Shown piece by piece: positions 7,447-16,534 of a DNA stretch of 26,251 nt. A model generated the notes under the pieces. The model was not told where the DNA came from, searched no databases, and was given only the letters and a program-made list of their open reading frames with translations. The translations under genes were made by a program, and so were the position numbers. Position 1 is the first letter of the stretch, and every line of letters starts with the position of its first letter. The stretch covers positions 1-26,251 of the forward strand of contig JBBIGR010000056.1 in NCBI GenBank assembly GCA_037447435.1. The letters run 5' to 3'. The stretch comes from Fibrobacteria bacterium. GTDB taxonomy: Bacteria > Fibrobacterota > Chitinivibrionia > Chitinivibrionales > FEN-1185.

Positions 7447-9192
7447 ATGATTAAAGAAAATGCAAAAATTCTATTAATCCTCGTTACGTTTCCTCTTTGT
7501 TTTTTTTCTTCCGCCTTTGGAGCGACTTGCAATAAAATGACGCTGCAGGACAGCGCATATTCGTTCAAGCTTCGTATTCGCAGCACGACCGGCTATTTTC
7601 AGGTCAACGTCGGCACCGGACCTTCACAAGGCGGATGTCCGGACTACCGTGTCGATTACATCGGAAAGCATGTCGTACAAGGAGACTCAACAACCTGGTC
7701 TACGCTCCGCGACGAAGCCTGTTATGTCCTTGGGAATTCTAACGGGGACAAGCGGGAATTCATCGTGGAATGGAACGTGGTCGTGCCGTTTGTGCCGGAC
7801 ACCGGAATTTCGTTCAAGGTTTCGACCGGCGGCTCGGGCACGGTGGAATTGTCGATACTCGATTTTAACAATCAGGTCTTCCTGGATCAAAGCTTTACAA
7901 GTAATGGAACCCTCAAGGCGGCGAAAAACAAACTTCCACCGCAAGGCGGCCTGAAATCGATTGTCGGCGCCAAGCCTTTTGTCAAGCCATTGATGGGCGC
8001 GTATATGTTTCCCTGGTACGGACTAAAGACCGGGCCGACCAAAATGCAAGCGCATTGGGATTCCTCCATGCTCTACACGCCGCTCGGCGGGTGGTACGAC
8101 AGCGGCGATACGGCGGTCATCCGCCGGCAAATGAACTACGCGCAGCAGGCTAATTTAAACCTGTTCGTGCTTTCATACTGGGACCAGGAATATTCCAACA
8201 AAAACACGGCACCTTTTGTCAAAATTGCCGAAACGTGCGGCATGTCGATTTCGACAATGATCGAAACCTCGGTTCGTAGAGCCGGTGTTGCGCCCCGGGA
8301 TTGTTTTCTCGCCCAAATCCAGGAGATCGTTGCCAATTACGGTGCCAGTCCGGCTTTCCTGAAAGCGGATGGGAAACCGGTCATATTTTTTTACGACCGC
8401 ATAATTGACGAATTTCAAAGCGCTTCAGCTACCGCATGGTGGGACGATTTGCAATGGGTCATGACCCAACTCGGACCCAAGGTCATTCTTATGTTTCCCG
8501 CAACAAAGCCCGTTACGCCCGCACAAATCAAGGCAATGGGCGGCGGATTTTCCTTTGCCGCGAATTCCGGGGCATCAAACAGCAATTTTTGGGTCGGAGC
8601 CTATCAGGACGATTGGAACTGGATATGGAAAATTACCCAGGGGAACGGGATTTCGGCGCTGCCTATTTTGCCCGGCTTCATGCGTTTGCGGATTCCGTCG
8701 GACGCGCCCAATTACCTTAACCAGTGGCGAGCCGCGCAAAGCTCCATGCCCGATATGATTATTGTAAACAGTTGGAACGAATACCACGAAAGTTCGGTCA
8801 TCGAACCGACCACCGCTTTTGGTACGAAGTATATCGATCTCACCGCGCAAGCTGCGGGCCTGTTTTGCAATGGTCAATTAGGCCAGCAATTGGATACGAA
8901 CGATTCGTCCGTGCGCGGTAATGAGCGGATCGGCCAAACCGACGGAAAATCGCCGCGCCCCGTACTTTTTTCCCACGGCAATAAAGTCATTGTCCGAAAT
9001 GCGAATGCCAACGGATTGCGCCTGGAAATTTTCAATGTATCGGGAAAGTTGATTCGAACGCTCGTTTTTAGCAATGCAGAAGCCTGCTGGGACGGTCTCG
9101 ATTGTAAGGGAGTCCATGCGCCGACAGGCGTGTATGTGCTGAAATACGGCGCGGAAAATTTACCTGTTGTTATTCGGCGACTTTTGCAATAA
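7447..9192 (+). CDS. Secreted GH99-like glycoside hydrolase (endo-alpha-mannosidase/mannanase-like) with C-terminal sorting tail
   Basis: Signal peptide; AYMFPWYG, YTPLGGWYDSGD...IRRQM, DGKPVIFFY and NSWNEYHESSVIEP (GH99-type ExxE); tail IFNVSGKLIRTL...WDGLD...TGVYVLK. Confidence 0.8.
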   Translation: MIKENAKILLILVTFPLCFFSSAFGATCNKMTLQDSAYSFKLRIRSTTGYFQVNVGTGPSQGGCPDYRVDYIGKHVVQGDSTTWSTLRDEACYVLGNSNGDKREFIVEWNVVVPFVPDTGISFKVSTGGSGTVELSILDFNNQVFLDQSFTSNGTLKAAKNKLPPQGGLKSIVGAKPFVKPLMGAYMFPWYGLKTGPTKMQAHWDSSMLYTPLGGWYDSGDTAVIRRQMNYAQQANLNLFVLSYWDQEYSNKNTAPFVKIAETCGMSISTMIETSVRRAGVAPRDCFLAQIQEIVANYGASPAFLKADGKPVIFFYDRIIDEFQSASATAWWDDLQWVMTQLGPKVILMFPATKPVTPAQIKAMGGGFSFAANSGASNSNFWVGAYQDDWNWIWKITQGNGISALPILPGFMRLRIPSDAPNYLNQWRAAQSSMPDMIIVNSWNEYHESSVIEPTTAFGTKYIDLTAQAAGLFCNGQLGQQLDTNDSSVRGNERIGQTDGKSPRPVLFSHGNKVIVRNANANGLRLEIFNVSGKLIRTLVFSNAEACWDGLDCKGVHAPTGVYVLKYGAENLPVVIRRLLQ

Positions 9193-9355
9193 AAACAAAA
9201 ATGCCGCTGTATCCGCAGTATTATTCATTCTCATCCTGCTGATTTTTGATTCAGAATATCGCTTTTGAAAGAAATTTAGCATTTTTTTAATAATCAGTGC
9301 TATATTATTTAGATATAAATAACTTTTAGCGAACATTGTAGACATAACACATTGA

Positions 9356-9370
9356 TTTAAACGCTTTAAT
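9356..9370 (+). promoter_or_regulatory. Candidate LacI-family operator upstream of GH18 gene 1
   Basis: TTTAAACGCTTTAAT, with an identical copy upstream of GH18 gene 2; AAnCGnTT pseudo-palindromic core. Confidence 0.6.
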
Positions 9371-9486
9371 CAAACAAAACATATTTATAGGAGGGTATAA
9401 ATAGAAGAAAATTCGTTTAGAGCTATTTGATTATGATAAAAAAGTTAGATGAAGCCCTTTTTCAAACCCCAAATAGGAGAAGTAGC

Positions 9487-10602
9487 ATGAATAAACAGCA
9501 AAATGTCTGGACCGTAATTCTTGTGTTGAGCATGGTTGTCGCATCAACCTATGCACAAACAGCAAGAAAATATGTCGGCTGGTCCACAGGGTATCACACA
9601 AATTGGGATGGCAAAAGCCCAACCCAGCTTAATTACAAACCCTATACCCATATGTGCTGGTTTTCCGGAAGTATTAATGCACCCTCGTTGTCGGAAGGAA
9701 AGGCTTTTACAGCAGCATGCCATCAAAACAACACCAAAGCTATTCTTTGTCTTGGCGGTGCCGGTGCCGGAAATTCTTTCACCAGCAATACCACCAACGC
9801 GAACCGCGGTGCTTTCATATCCAAGTCAGTAGCAGCCATGGTAGCCCAAGGGTTTGACGGTATCGATTTGGATTGGGAAGACGTGATCAATGCGACCCAA
9901 TACACCGCATTACATAAAGAGCTGCGCGATTCGCTCAACAAAATCACTCCTCGTCCCTTACTTACAGTTGCCACTGCCGGTTATTTGTCCTCAAATACGG
10001 CAACGGTCAAGGATGTTTTCGACCAGGTCAACGTGATGTCGTACTGGTCTTTGATCGGTAACATGCAGAACGAAATGAATACTTTCACAAGCAAGGGCTT
10101 TGCAAAAGAAAAACTCGGTGTCGGGTACGGCTACGATAACGACGGAGAAGTGGATATCAACAACCCCAACGACATCGGTGCTAAATGCCTTTTCGCCATC
10201 AACGGCGGGTACGGCGGGGTCATGGTATGGGAAGTCGCTCTCGCATGCACCAAATGTGCGGATACGACCGCATACTATGTCAATAAAGATATAGCCAACT
10301 CGATACATCCGAGTTTTGCCGCTCGCATGGCTGCAAAGCCGCAGATATCTTTTGCGCTTGTAAATAACGGCGAAAATGCAAACCTTCGCTATATCGTTCC
10401 TGCCGCCGCCTTTGTCGACATGAAGATGTTCAACATGCGGGGAATGCTCGTGCGCGATCTCGTGCACGGCGATATGCAGGCCGGAACTTATACGATTCCG
10501 ATTGTCAAGAACAACGAAACTGCTCCGATTAATCCGGGTGCTTACATTGTGAAGATGGCGACACCGCAAGGGAATCAATCCGGTACGATCATCCTTAAGT
10601 AA
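9487..10602 (+). CDS. Secreted GH18 glycoside hydrolase (chitinase/ENGase-like) with C-terminal sorting tail
   Basis: Signal peptide, LCLGG, FDGIDLDWE (DxxDxDxE), NVMSY and GGVMVWE; tail MFNMRGMLVRDL...PGAYIVKM. ATG 9487 follows an AGGAGA RBS. Confidence 0.9.
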   Translation: MNKQQNVWTVILVLSMVVASTYAQTARKYVGWSTGYHTNWDGKSPTQLNYKPYTHMCWFSGSINAPSLSEGKAFTAACHQNNTKAILCLGGAGAGNSFTSNTTNANRGAFISKSVAAMVAQGFDGIDLDWEDVINATQYTALHKELRDSLNKITPRPLLTVATAGYLSSNTATVKDVFDQVNVMSYWSLIGNMQNEMNTFTSKGFAKEKLGVGYGYDNDGEVDINNPNDIGAKCLFAINGGYGGVMVWEVALACTKCADTTAYYVNKDIANSIHPSFAARMAAKPQISFALVNNGENANLRYIVPAAAFVDMKMFNMRGMLVRDLVHGDMQAGTYTIPIVKNNETAPINPGAYIVKMATPQGNQSGTIILK

Positions 10603-10627
10603 CACTTGCAAAAAAAGCCTATACTTA

Positions 10628-10664
10628 GGGCGCTTCGATCGCTTTCGAAGCGCCCCTTTTTTTT
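10628..10664 (+). terminator. Intrinsic terminator after GH18 gene 1
   Basis: GGGCGCTTCGA-loop-TCGAAGCGCCC followed by a T8 tract. Confidence 0.9.
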
Positions 10665-10825
10665 ACCGGTTTACCGAGTGTGTAGTTTATTAATTCTTGC
10701 TAAGAACCTCCTCATCGAATTCGGCTTTTAATATTTTTAAAAATTCTCATTTTCGTTCATCCGGGACACTGTTTTGCCGGCAAAAATGGGGAATGTACTT
10801 GCTGTGGAAATCAAAGGAGACACAT

Positions 10826-12283
10826 TTGAAGCATCTTTTTTCAACAAAACCGCTCCATCATTTACAATCAGATCATTCTTCCGAAGGCCCGGGCCTCCGG
10901 CGAGCATTGTCGGCTGTAAACCTTACCGCACTTGGCATCGGCGCGATTATCGGCGCCGGGATCTTCGTGCTTTCGGGCAAGGTCGCGGCACAAAATGCAG
11001 GACCCGCCATAGTGCTTTCATTGTTGCTGTCCGGTTGCGCCTGTGCCTTTGCCGGCTTATGTTATGCCGAATTCGCCTCTCTTATTCCTGTTTCGGGCAG
11101 CGCCTACACCTATGCCTATGCCACGCTCGGCGAATTTCTCGCCTGGATCATTGGATGGGACTTGATTCTTGAGTATCTTTTCGCCGCATCGACCGTTGCA
11201 GTCGGATGGGCCGGGTATGTGGTCAGTTTTTTAAAGGATTTGGGAATTGTGATCCCGCCGTCGCTTACTACGCCGACAATGGAGGCTTTTGGCAAAATCG
11301 CTCCGCAAATCAATTTACCTGCAATGGCCGTGGTCGCTTTTGTCACCATTTTACTCGTCGTCGGCATCAAAAGCTCCGCAGTATTCAACAATGCAATGGT
11401 TTTTGTAAAAGTCGCCGCAATCATCGTTTTTGTCTCGATCGGTTTTGCGTTTATTTCGGTTCATAACTGGCATCCGTTTATTCCGCACAACACCGGAGAA
11501 TTCGGACATTTCGGCTGGAGCGGCATTATTCGTGGAGCGGGGATCATTTTTTTCGCTTATATAGGTTTTGATGCTGTTTCAACTGCGGCCCAGGAGGCAA
11601 AAAACCCGCAACGGGACATGCCCATCGGCATATTAGGATCCCTGGCGATTTGCACCGTGCTTTTTATTTTGGTGGCAATAGTTCTTACGGGTGTCGTCAG
11701 CTATACGTCGCTTAACGTTCCAGACCCTATCGCGGTCGGCGTTGATGCCATGGGACCGAAACTTTTCTGGCTCAGGCCGGTTATAAAAATTGCAATTATC
11801 GCCGGGCTTAGTTCCGTGATACTGGTTCTTTTGCTTGGTCAACCCCGAATATTTTTATCGATGTCCCGCGACGGATTGTTGCCGCCGGTTTTCGCGAAAG
11901 TACATCCAACATTCCGGACGCCGTGGATAAGTCAAATACTCACGGGTTGCATTGCCGTCGTTCTGGCCGGTTTACTTCCAATAAGTACGCTTGGCGAACT
12001 TGTATCCATTGGAACCCTGCTTGCTTTTGTCATTGTGTGCGCAAGCATCATCGTTCTTCGAAAAACAAAACCGGATCTTCCCCGTCCTTTTAAAACACCG
12101 TTTGTCCCCGTGGTTCCCATCCTCGGGATTTTCTTTTGCGTATTACAAATGACTTTTCTTGCCGGCGATACCTGGCTTAGGCTCGTTGTGTGGATGGCAA
12201 TAGGATTTTTCGTATATTTCTTATACAGCAAAAAGGGAAGCAAACTGCGGAAAGCTTTACAAGCTAAAGAAACGCAAGTATAG
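10826..12283 (+). CDS. APC-superfamily amino acid permease (CAT/YfnA-like)
   Basis: GIGAIIGAGIFV, LCYAEFAS.IPVSGSAYTY, FFAYIGFDAVST.AQEAKNPQRD and at least 12 TM segments. Probable TTG start at 10826 after AAGGAGA. Confidence 0.93.
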   Translation: MKHLFSTKPLHHLQSDHSSEGPGLRRALSAVNLTALGIGAIIGAGIFVLSGKVAAQNAGPAIVLSLLLSGCACAFAGLCYAEFASLIPVSGSAYTYAYATLGEFLAWIIGWDLILEYLFAASTVAVGWAGYVVSFLKDLGIVIPPSLTTPTMEAFGKIAPQINLPAMAVVAFVTILLVVGIKSSAVFNNAMVFVKVAAIIVFVSIGFAFISVHNWHPFIPHNTGEFGHFGWSGIIRGAGIIFFAYIGFDAVSTAAQEAKNPQRDMPIGILGSLAICTVLFILVAIVLTGVVSYTSLNVPDPIAVGVDAMGPKLFWLRPVIKIAIIAGLSSVILVLLLGQPRIFLSMSRDGLLPPVFAKVHPTFRTPWISQILTGCIAVVLAGLLPISTLGELVSIGTLLAFVIVCASIIVLRKTKPDLPRPFKTPFVPVVPILGIFFCVLQMTFLAGDTWLRLVVWMAIGFFVYFLYSKKGSKLRKALQAKETQV

Positions 12284-12422
12284 TTCTTCGGCGCCGGCTT
12301 TTAATCCCTTTCCTGCCAATCGTCACGGTTTAAAATTTAACGATCGGTTACCGACAGTCGGAATTTCGCGTACCGTTTTCGCCGCCGAAGACAGGCAGAC
12401 GGGATATATCGCTTTACATAAG

Positions 12423-13565
12423 CTATTTGGCAATCGATATCCTGGCTGTTTCCGACCCTGCGGGTGTCGACATTTTCAAAATGTACGTACCTGAATTTAT
12501 CGGCAAAGTACCTTGGTTTGGCATTTCCAGCGAAACGATGCCGCCACTGCCGGTGCCGGGAGCAAGTTTTTTCACCAGAACCCCACGAGCATCAAATAAG
12601 CTAAAGTCTATCGGCGCACCTGGGTAAGGCGCGGCATAACGAATCTCGTTTGCACCACATGCACTTTGCCGTACCAATAAGAGAGGTTCTCTGCCGGAAG
12701 CGGCTTTGCCGCCGTACCGGGCATATGTTTCAGGAACCGGAACATAGGGGACAAGCGCCTTTAATACCTGGGTATTGAGGCTTGCCGTGCTGATTGTCCA
12801 TTCCATGATTCCGCCGTATCCGTTATTGATTGCAAAATCGGCAATAGCTTTTCCGGCATTCGAATCGCCGACAGCCATCGAACCTCCGATTCCGATACCA
12901 AGCCCCAATTTCGTTTTAGGAACGCCTTTGTCCGTAAACGGCTTAAGTTGCGCAGGATATCCGGCGGCATTCACGGAATAATCCATGGTGTTCATTTGTG
13001 AAACATACGGATAGACAAAGTAGCAATTATTAATGTAGTATGCCGCGACAGGGGCGGTCAAAAGCGGTTTGGGTGTTATTTTGTCAAGGGAATCGCGCAT
13101 TTCCTTGTACAGCGCAAGGATAAGGGTGTTATCGAAAGATTCTTCCCAATCGATATCGATGCCGTCGTATCCGTACTTTGTCATAAACGCTATCGTGTTG
13201 GAAATCAATTTTCCCCGGTTGGCATTGGACGCGGCAGTTGGAAATCTGGTCCCGACTTCCGCGCCGCCCAGGGCGATCAGGCACTTTACGCCGTGTTTAT
13301 GGGCCTCGGGTACCAAGGCTTTGCAAAAGCCGTCGTTGATATGACAATACGCGGTATCGAGCGTACCGTCGTTATTGGGAAACAAGGTAAAGTGGACGAT
13401 ATGGGTTACCGATGCCCAGTTGATGCTTGCCGGAGGATTGGCTGCTTGCTGCCAACCGGGATAATAGCCGAGCGACCAGCCAACCTTCGCATGCTGCGCA
13501 AAAGAAAAAGAACAGAAAACCAGAATGGCTATCGAAATACCACCGAGCATTTTCGAGATTCTCAT
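12423..13565 (-). CDS. Secreted GH18 glycoside hydrolase, paralogue 2, with C-terminal sorting tail
   Basis: Signal peptide, THIVHF, IALGG, YDGIDIDWE, NTMDY and GGIMEW; tail LFDARGVLVK...SGTYILKM. ATG 13565 (or 13571) after AAAGGGG. Confidence 0.9.
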   Translation of the reverse strand: MRISKMLGGISIAILVFCSFSFAQHAKVGWSLGYYPGWQQAANPPASINWASVTHIVHFTLFPNNDGTLDTAYCHINDGFCKALVPEAHKHGVKCLIALGGAEVGTRFPTAASNANRGKLISNTIAFMTKYGYDGIDIDWEESFDNTLILALYKEMRDSLDKITPKPLLTAPVAAYYINNCYFVYPYVSQMNTMDYSVNAAGYPAQLKPFTDKGVPKTKLGLGIGIGGSMAVGDSNAGKAIADFAINNGYGGIMEWTISTASLNTQVLKALVPYVPVPETYARYGGKAASGREPLLLVRQSACGANEIRYAAPYPGAPIDFSLFDARGVLVKKLAPGTGSGGIVSLEMPNQGTLPINSGTYILKMSTPAGSETARISIAK

Positions 13566-13599
13566 AATCATCCCCTTTGGGTTTGACCTTTTAGTTACA

Positions 13600-13614
13600 A
13601 TTAAAGCGTTTAAA
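13600..13614 (-). promoter_or_regulatory. Candidate LacI-family operator upstream of GH18 gene 2
   Basis: Minus-strand TTTAAACGCTTTAAT, identical to 9356-9370; about 20 nt downstream of a TATATT -10-like box. Confidence 0.6.
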
Positions 13615-13792
13615 CTACAACGAAGTAAATAATAATATAAGGAGAATATCACCGTTACACAAAAATTTCTTTCGCAGCGTTTGTTAGCGGCAGATTGAAG
13701 TGCTTATTCTTGAAAAGGCGCCATTGCCATACCTTTTTAAAACCAGGACGGAAACGGCTTGCACTTTTACAAGTATCGTTATTTACAGACAA

Positions 13793-13813
13793 GAGGCCCT
13801 TGAAAAGGGCCTC
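13793..13813 (-). terminator. Hairpin downstream of the Hsp20 operon
   Basis: GAGGCCCTT-GAA-AAGGGCCTC 13 nt after the last stop codon; the U-tract is weak. Confidence 0.55.
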
Positions 13814-13826
13814 CTTTCTTCGTAAA

Positions 13827-14225
13827 TCATGCCTTGATTTCGATTTTTTTCGGCTTGGCTTCTTCCCGTTTCGGGATGATGACCACAAGTAAACCATTTT
13901 CGAGTCTGGCCGCCACCTTTTCTTTGTCGTACTCATCGGACAATTGGAACGCACGATAGAAATTGCCGACGGTATATTGCCTTATGACGGCGTTCCCTTG
14001 TTCCCTGGAGGTGTTCTTGCCGGTGATGACGAGCGTGTTTGTTTCGTCGATCTGTATGGTTACATCGCCTTTTCCCACGCCGGGAAGGTCGACACTGAAA
14101 ACCACTTGGTCGTCCGATGCATGGATGTCAACGTCAGGGCTGTAGGCCGGGCCGCTCTGGTTCATCTGCTCCGCGGCCGAAGATCCGACTTCCTGTTTTT
14201 CCCTCTTCTCAAGATCGGTCGTCAT
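13827..14225 (-). CDS. Small heat-shock protein (Hsp20)
   Basis: PDVDI, VDLPGV, FYRAFQL and ARLENGLLVVIIPK; ATG 14225 after AAGGAGG. Confidence 0.92.
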   Translation of the reverse strand: MTTDLEKREKQEVGSSAAEQMNQSGPAYSPDVDIHASDDQVVFSVDLPGVGKGDVTIQIDETNTLVITGKNTSREQGNAVIRQYTVGNFYRAFQLSDEYDKEKVAARLENGLLVVIIPKREEAKPKKIEIKA

Positions 14226-14242
14226 ACTACTCGCCTCCTTTC

Positions 14243-14665
14243 TCATTTTGCCTCGATGGCAATGGTTTTAGATTTCGCCTCTTCCGCTTTAGGCAGAGTG
14301 ACGGTAAGGATGCCGTTGCTGAAAGAAGCGTTGATTTTATTCTGGTCTACCTTGACCGGAAGCCGAATGGTTTTCTCGAATTGTCCTAAAGATCGTTCCT
14401 GTCGGATAACGGTCATGTTCTTGACCTCGGGCAAGGGTTCGAGATTTCCAGAAATGCTTAAGATCCCGTCGGAATACGTGATGTTGACATTATCTTTTGT
14501 CATTCCAGGAAGCTCGGAAGTCACGACGATGTTATCCGTTTCGTCGTACATGTTGACCAAGGGGTACGTCGAAGCGCCGCTTTGCCGGTCGTAATCCGAA
14601 AAGAGCCTGTTCATCTCTTTGCGGAACCGCTCCATCTCACTCAATGAATCACCGTTCCAAAACAT
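14243..14665 (-). CDS. Small heat-shock protein (Hsp20)
   Basis: YPLVNM, ELPGM, QERSLGQFEKTIRLP and FSNGILTVTLPK; ATG 14665 after AAGGAGGT. Confidence 0.93.
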   Translation of the reverse strand: MFWNGDSLSEMERFRKEMNRLFSDYDRQSGASTYPLVNMYDETDNIVVTSELPGMTKDNVNITYSDGILSISGNLEPLPEVKNMTVIRQERSLGQFEKTIRLPVKVDQNKINASFSNGILTVTLPKAEEAKSKTIAIEAK

Positions 14666-14693
14666 ACAAACCACCTCCTTTGAAAATGTTTGA

Positions 14694-15146
14694 TTAATCG
14701 ACATTGATGTGAATTGACTTTTTAGAATGTTCGGTTTTCGGCAATTTAACGGTAAGCACGCCGTTTTTGTATTTTGCCTGAGCCTTTTCCCATTCGACCG
14801 CATTGTTGAGCCGGATGTCGCGCGAAAAGGAACCATAGCTGCATTCCCGGTAATAACTGTCTTTCTTTTTTTCTTCTTTTTCGTTTTTCTTTTCTCCGCG
14901 AATCCGCAATACTCCCTCGTGCCAGGTCAGATCGATATCTTTTTCGGTCATACCCGGAATTTCGGCTCTTACCGTGAACTCGTTCTTATCTTCCATAACA
15001 TCCACCGAAGGCATCTTGGAAAAGCTTCCGGTGAATTGAGTAGGAAGATCATGAAAAGGGTTTTCCCAAACACGATCAAACCAATCCGCAGCCCATGGAG
15101 AGACCGAATTTTTCGCCTTTTGTCTCCAAGGAATCAAACTTTTCAT
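14694..15146 (-). CDS. Small heat-shock protein (Hsp20)
   Basis: PSVDV, AEIPGM, ECSYGSFSRDIRL and AKYKNGVLTVKLPK; AAGGAGG RBS. Confidence 0.95.
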   Translation of the reverse strand: MKSLIPWRQKAKNSVSPWAADWFDRVWENPFHDLPTQFTGSFSKMPSVDVMEDKNEFTVRAEIPGMTEKDIDLTWHEGVLRIRGEKKNEKEEKKKDSYYRECSYGSFSRDIRLNNAVEWEKAQAKYKNGVLTVKLPKTEHSKKSIHINVD

Positions 15147-15195
15147 GTAAAACCTCCTTTGCTATTGAAAGGTTAATTTCTTTATATTTTTTTTA

Positions 15196-15212
15196 ATCAA
15201 ACAACATGCCAA
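15196..15212 (-). promoter_or_regulatory. Sigma-54 -24/-12 promoter of the Hsp20 operon
   Basis: TTGGCATGTTGTTTGAT versus consensus TGGCACG-N4-TTGCW (GA variant at -12), 50 nt upstream of the ATG. Confidence 0.65.
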
Positions 15213-15269
15213 TTGAGTTGAAAAATGCCCGGCATTTTATGGATGCGAAATCGGAAGAATATCACGGTA

Positions 15270-15282
15270 AATCAAGCGGTTA
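15270..15282 (+). promoter_or_regulatory. IHF-binding site
   Basis: AATCAAGCGGTTA is an exact WATCAANNNNTTR match, lying between the sigma-54 promoter and the upstream palindromes. Confidence 0.6.
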
Positions 15283-15358
15283 CGTCGTATGCTTTTTTGG
15301 GCGGCCTCAAAGGGGTTTTTATGGGAAAAGACTGTTTTATTTTTAAACAAATTCCCTT

Positions 15359-15402
15359 TTTCAAAGTTGAACACGGTGTTCAATTTTTGTACAAAAATGA
15401 CC
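15359..15402. promoter_or_regulatory. Candidate enhancer (bEBP binding) palindromes
   Basis: AAAGTTGAACAC-G-GTGTTCAATTTT overlapping the perfect 16-bp palindrome ATTTTTGTACAAAAAT (15383-15398), about 150-190 bp upstream of the -24 box. Confidence 0.5.
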
Positions 15403-15446
15403 ATGCAGAATTGCGATAAGAAAAGCAGGGCCGAAGCCGGGCAAAC

Positions 15447-16064
15447 TCAACCAATGATCGGAGACTTGCGTACCCAGGTGTCGCTGGTGAGTTGTTCCAC
15501 CATCCACTGAGCCAAATCGGCGCGAGTCATACTGTGCTTAACGCCGCTGCCGTCGGCGGATACTTTTACACTGCCGCGCGCGGGTTTGTTGAGCAAACGA
15601 CCCGGACACACGTTCACGTAATCCAAGGCCGATGCAAAGAGAATCTTTTCCCCGCGTTTCTTATCGGCAAAGATGTTGCACAAAAGTACCTTCTGGAGAA
15701 AAATCTGCAGCAAGCTGATGGCTTTTTGAGAATCTTGCGCGCCCCAGGCGGAAAGATTGATAAGCCGCTTGACACCGTGTTTGGTCATGGCCGAAACAAG
15801 ATTACGCATCATTACTTCCTGGATGTCGTCCTTTTTCAACGAACGCGGTCCAAAAGCCGATAGTACTGCGTCCTGTCCTTGCACAGCTCGGTCCATTAGG
15901 TCGGGGTCGAGTACGCTGCCGGACATTACAATCAGACGCTCATGCGTGGTCGTGACAGCCTCCACTCGGCGCACCGGCGCTGTAACGGTATGCCCGAGCG
16001 AAAGCAAACGGGGGAGTATTTCCCGGCCGGTGCCGCCGGTTGCGCCAATCAATAATATTTTCAT
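15447..16064 (-). CDS. NAD(P)H-binding atypical SDR (flavin reductase/BVR-B-like)
   Basis: MKILLIGATGGTG Rossmann motif, GQDAVLSAFG, GVKRLINLSAWG and TRADLA. Confidence 0.9.
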   Translation of the reverse strand: MKILLIGATGGTGREILPRLLSLGHTVTAPVRRVEAVTTTHERLIVMSGSVLDPDLMDRAVQGQDAVLSAFGPRSLKKDDIQEVMMRNLVSAMTKHGVKRLINLSAWGAQDSQKAISLLQIFLQKVLLCNIFADKKRGEKILFASALDYVNVCPGRLLNKPARGSVKVSADGSGVKHSMTRADLAQWMVEQLTSDTWVRKSPIIG

Positions 16065-16088
16065 GGATATCTCCTTTGTTCAAATTGG

Positions 16089-16421
16089 TTACTTCGGACT
16101 TTGCCTAAGACCCAGAATATTCCCATTAGCGTCCTTGACTTGAGCGATAAGAAGACCGTTGCCGACGTTTTTGATTGCCTGATGCGATGTCGCACCCGCA
16201 GCCTCCAAGTCCCGCAGGCTGCTTTCGATGTTCGCCACATCGACATAGCCGACGACATTTGTACCGTTCGGGTCCAGGCCTATTTCAATATTGTCAAGTT
16301 TATAGCCTACATAATACGGACTGTCCGCATAGGGCAATACACTTAAAAACATATTGAACAAGGTTTTGGTTTTTTCCAAATCTTTTGCCGGATACACCAG
16401 TAGTTTAATATTTTGCGTCAT
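16089..16421 (-). CDS. VOC/glyoxalase-like protein
   Basis: YPAKDLEK, EIGLDPNG, YVDVANI and VKDANGNILGL; GAGGAGG RBS. Confidence 0.88.
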   Translation of the reverse strand: MTQNIKLLVYPAKDLEKTKTLFNMFLSVLPYADSPYYVGYKLDNIEIGLDPNGTNVVGYVDVANIESSLRDLEAAGATSHQAIKNVGNGLLIAQVKDANGNILGLRQSPK

Positions 16422-16476
16422 AAATGCCTCCTCGTGAAATTGTTATAATTTATTTATAATACCAAGTTGATAATAT

Positions 16477-16493
16477 TGCAATTAATGTGCCAA
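16477..16493 (-). promoter_or_regulatory. Sigma-54 promoter of the VOC-SDR operon
   Basis: TTGGCACATTAATTGCA: near-perfect TGGCAC-N5-TTGCA, 56 nt upstream of the ATG. Confidence 0.8.
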
Positions 16494-16534
16494 TGAAACC
16501 GTTTGGCCAACAGGAAGGAGTTCTGAATAAGGGC

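Noticed and set aside
9276..9303. CIRCE-like TTAGCATTT...CAGTGCTAT
   Set aside because: Spacer is 10 rather than 9 nt, there are several mismatches, and it precedes a GH18 gene; better read as promoter sequence with an extended -10.
12240..12255. GCAAACTGCGGAAAG resembling 1889-1904
   Set aside because: A short match inside coding sequence, probably chance.
12285..12391. 9-bp inverted repeat TCTTCGGCG/CGCCGAAGA as a MITE
   Set aside because: Short and single-copy, with no evident target-site duplication.
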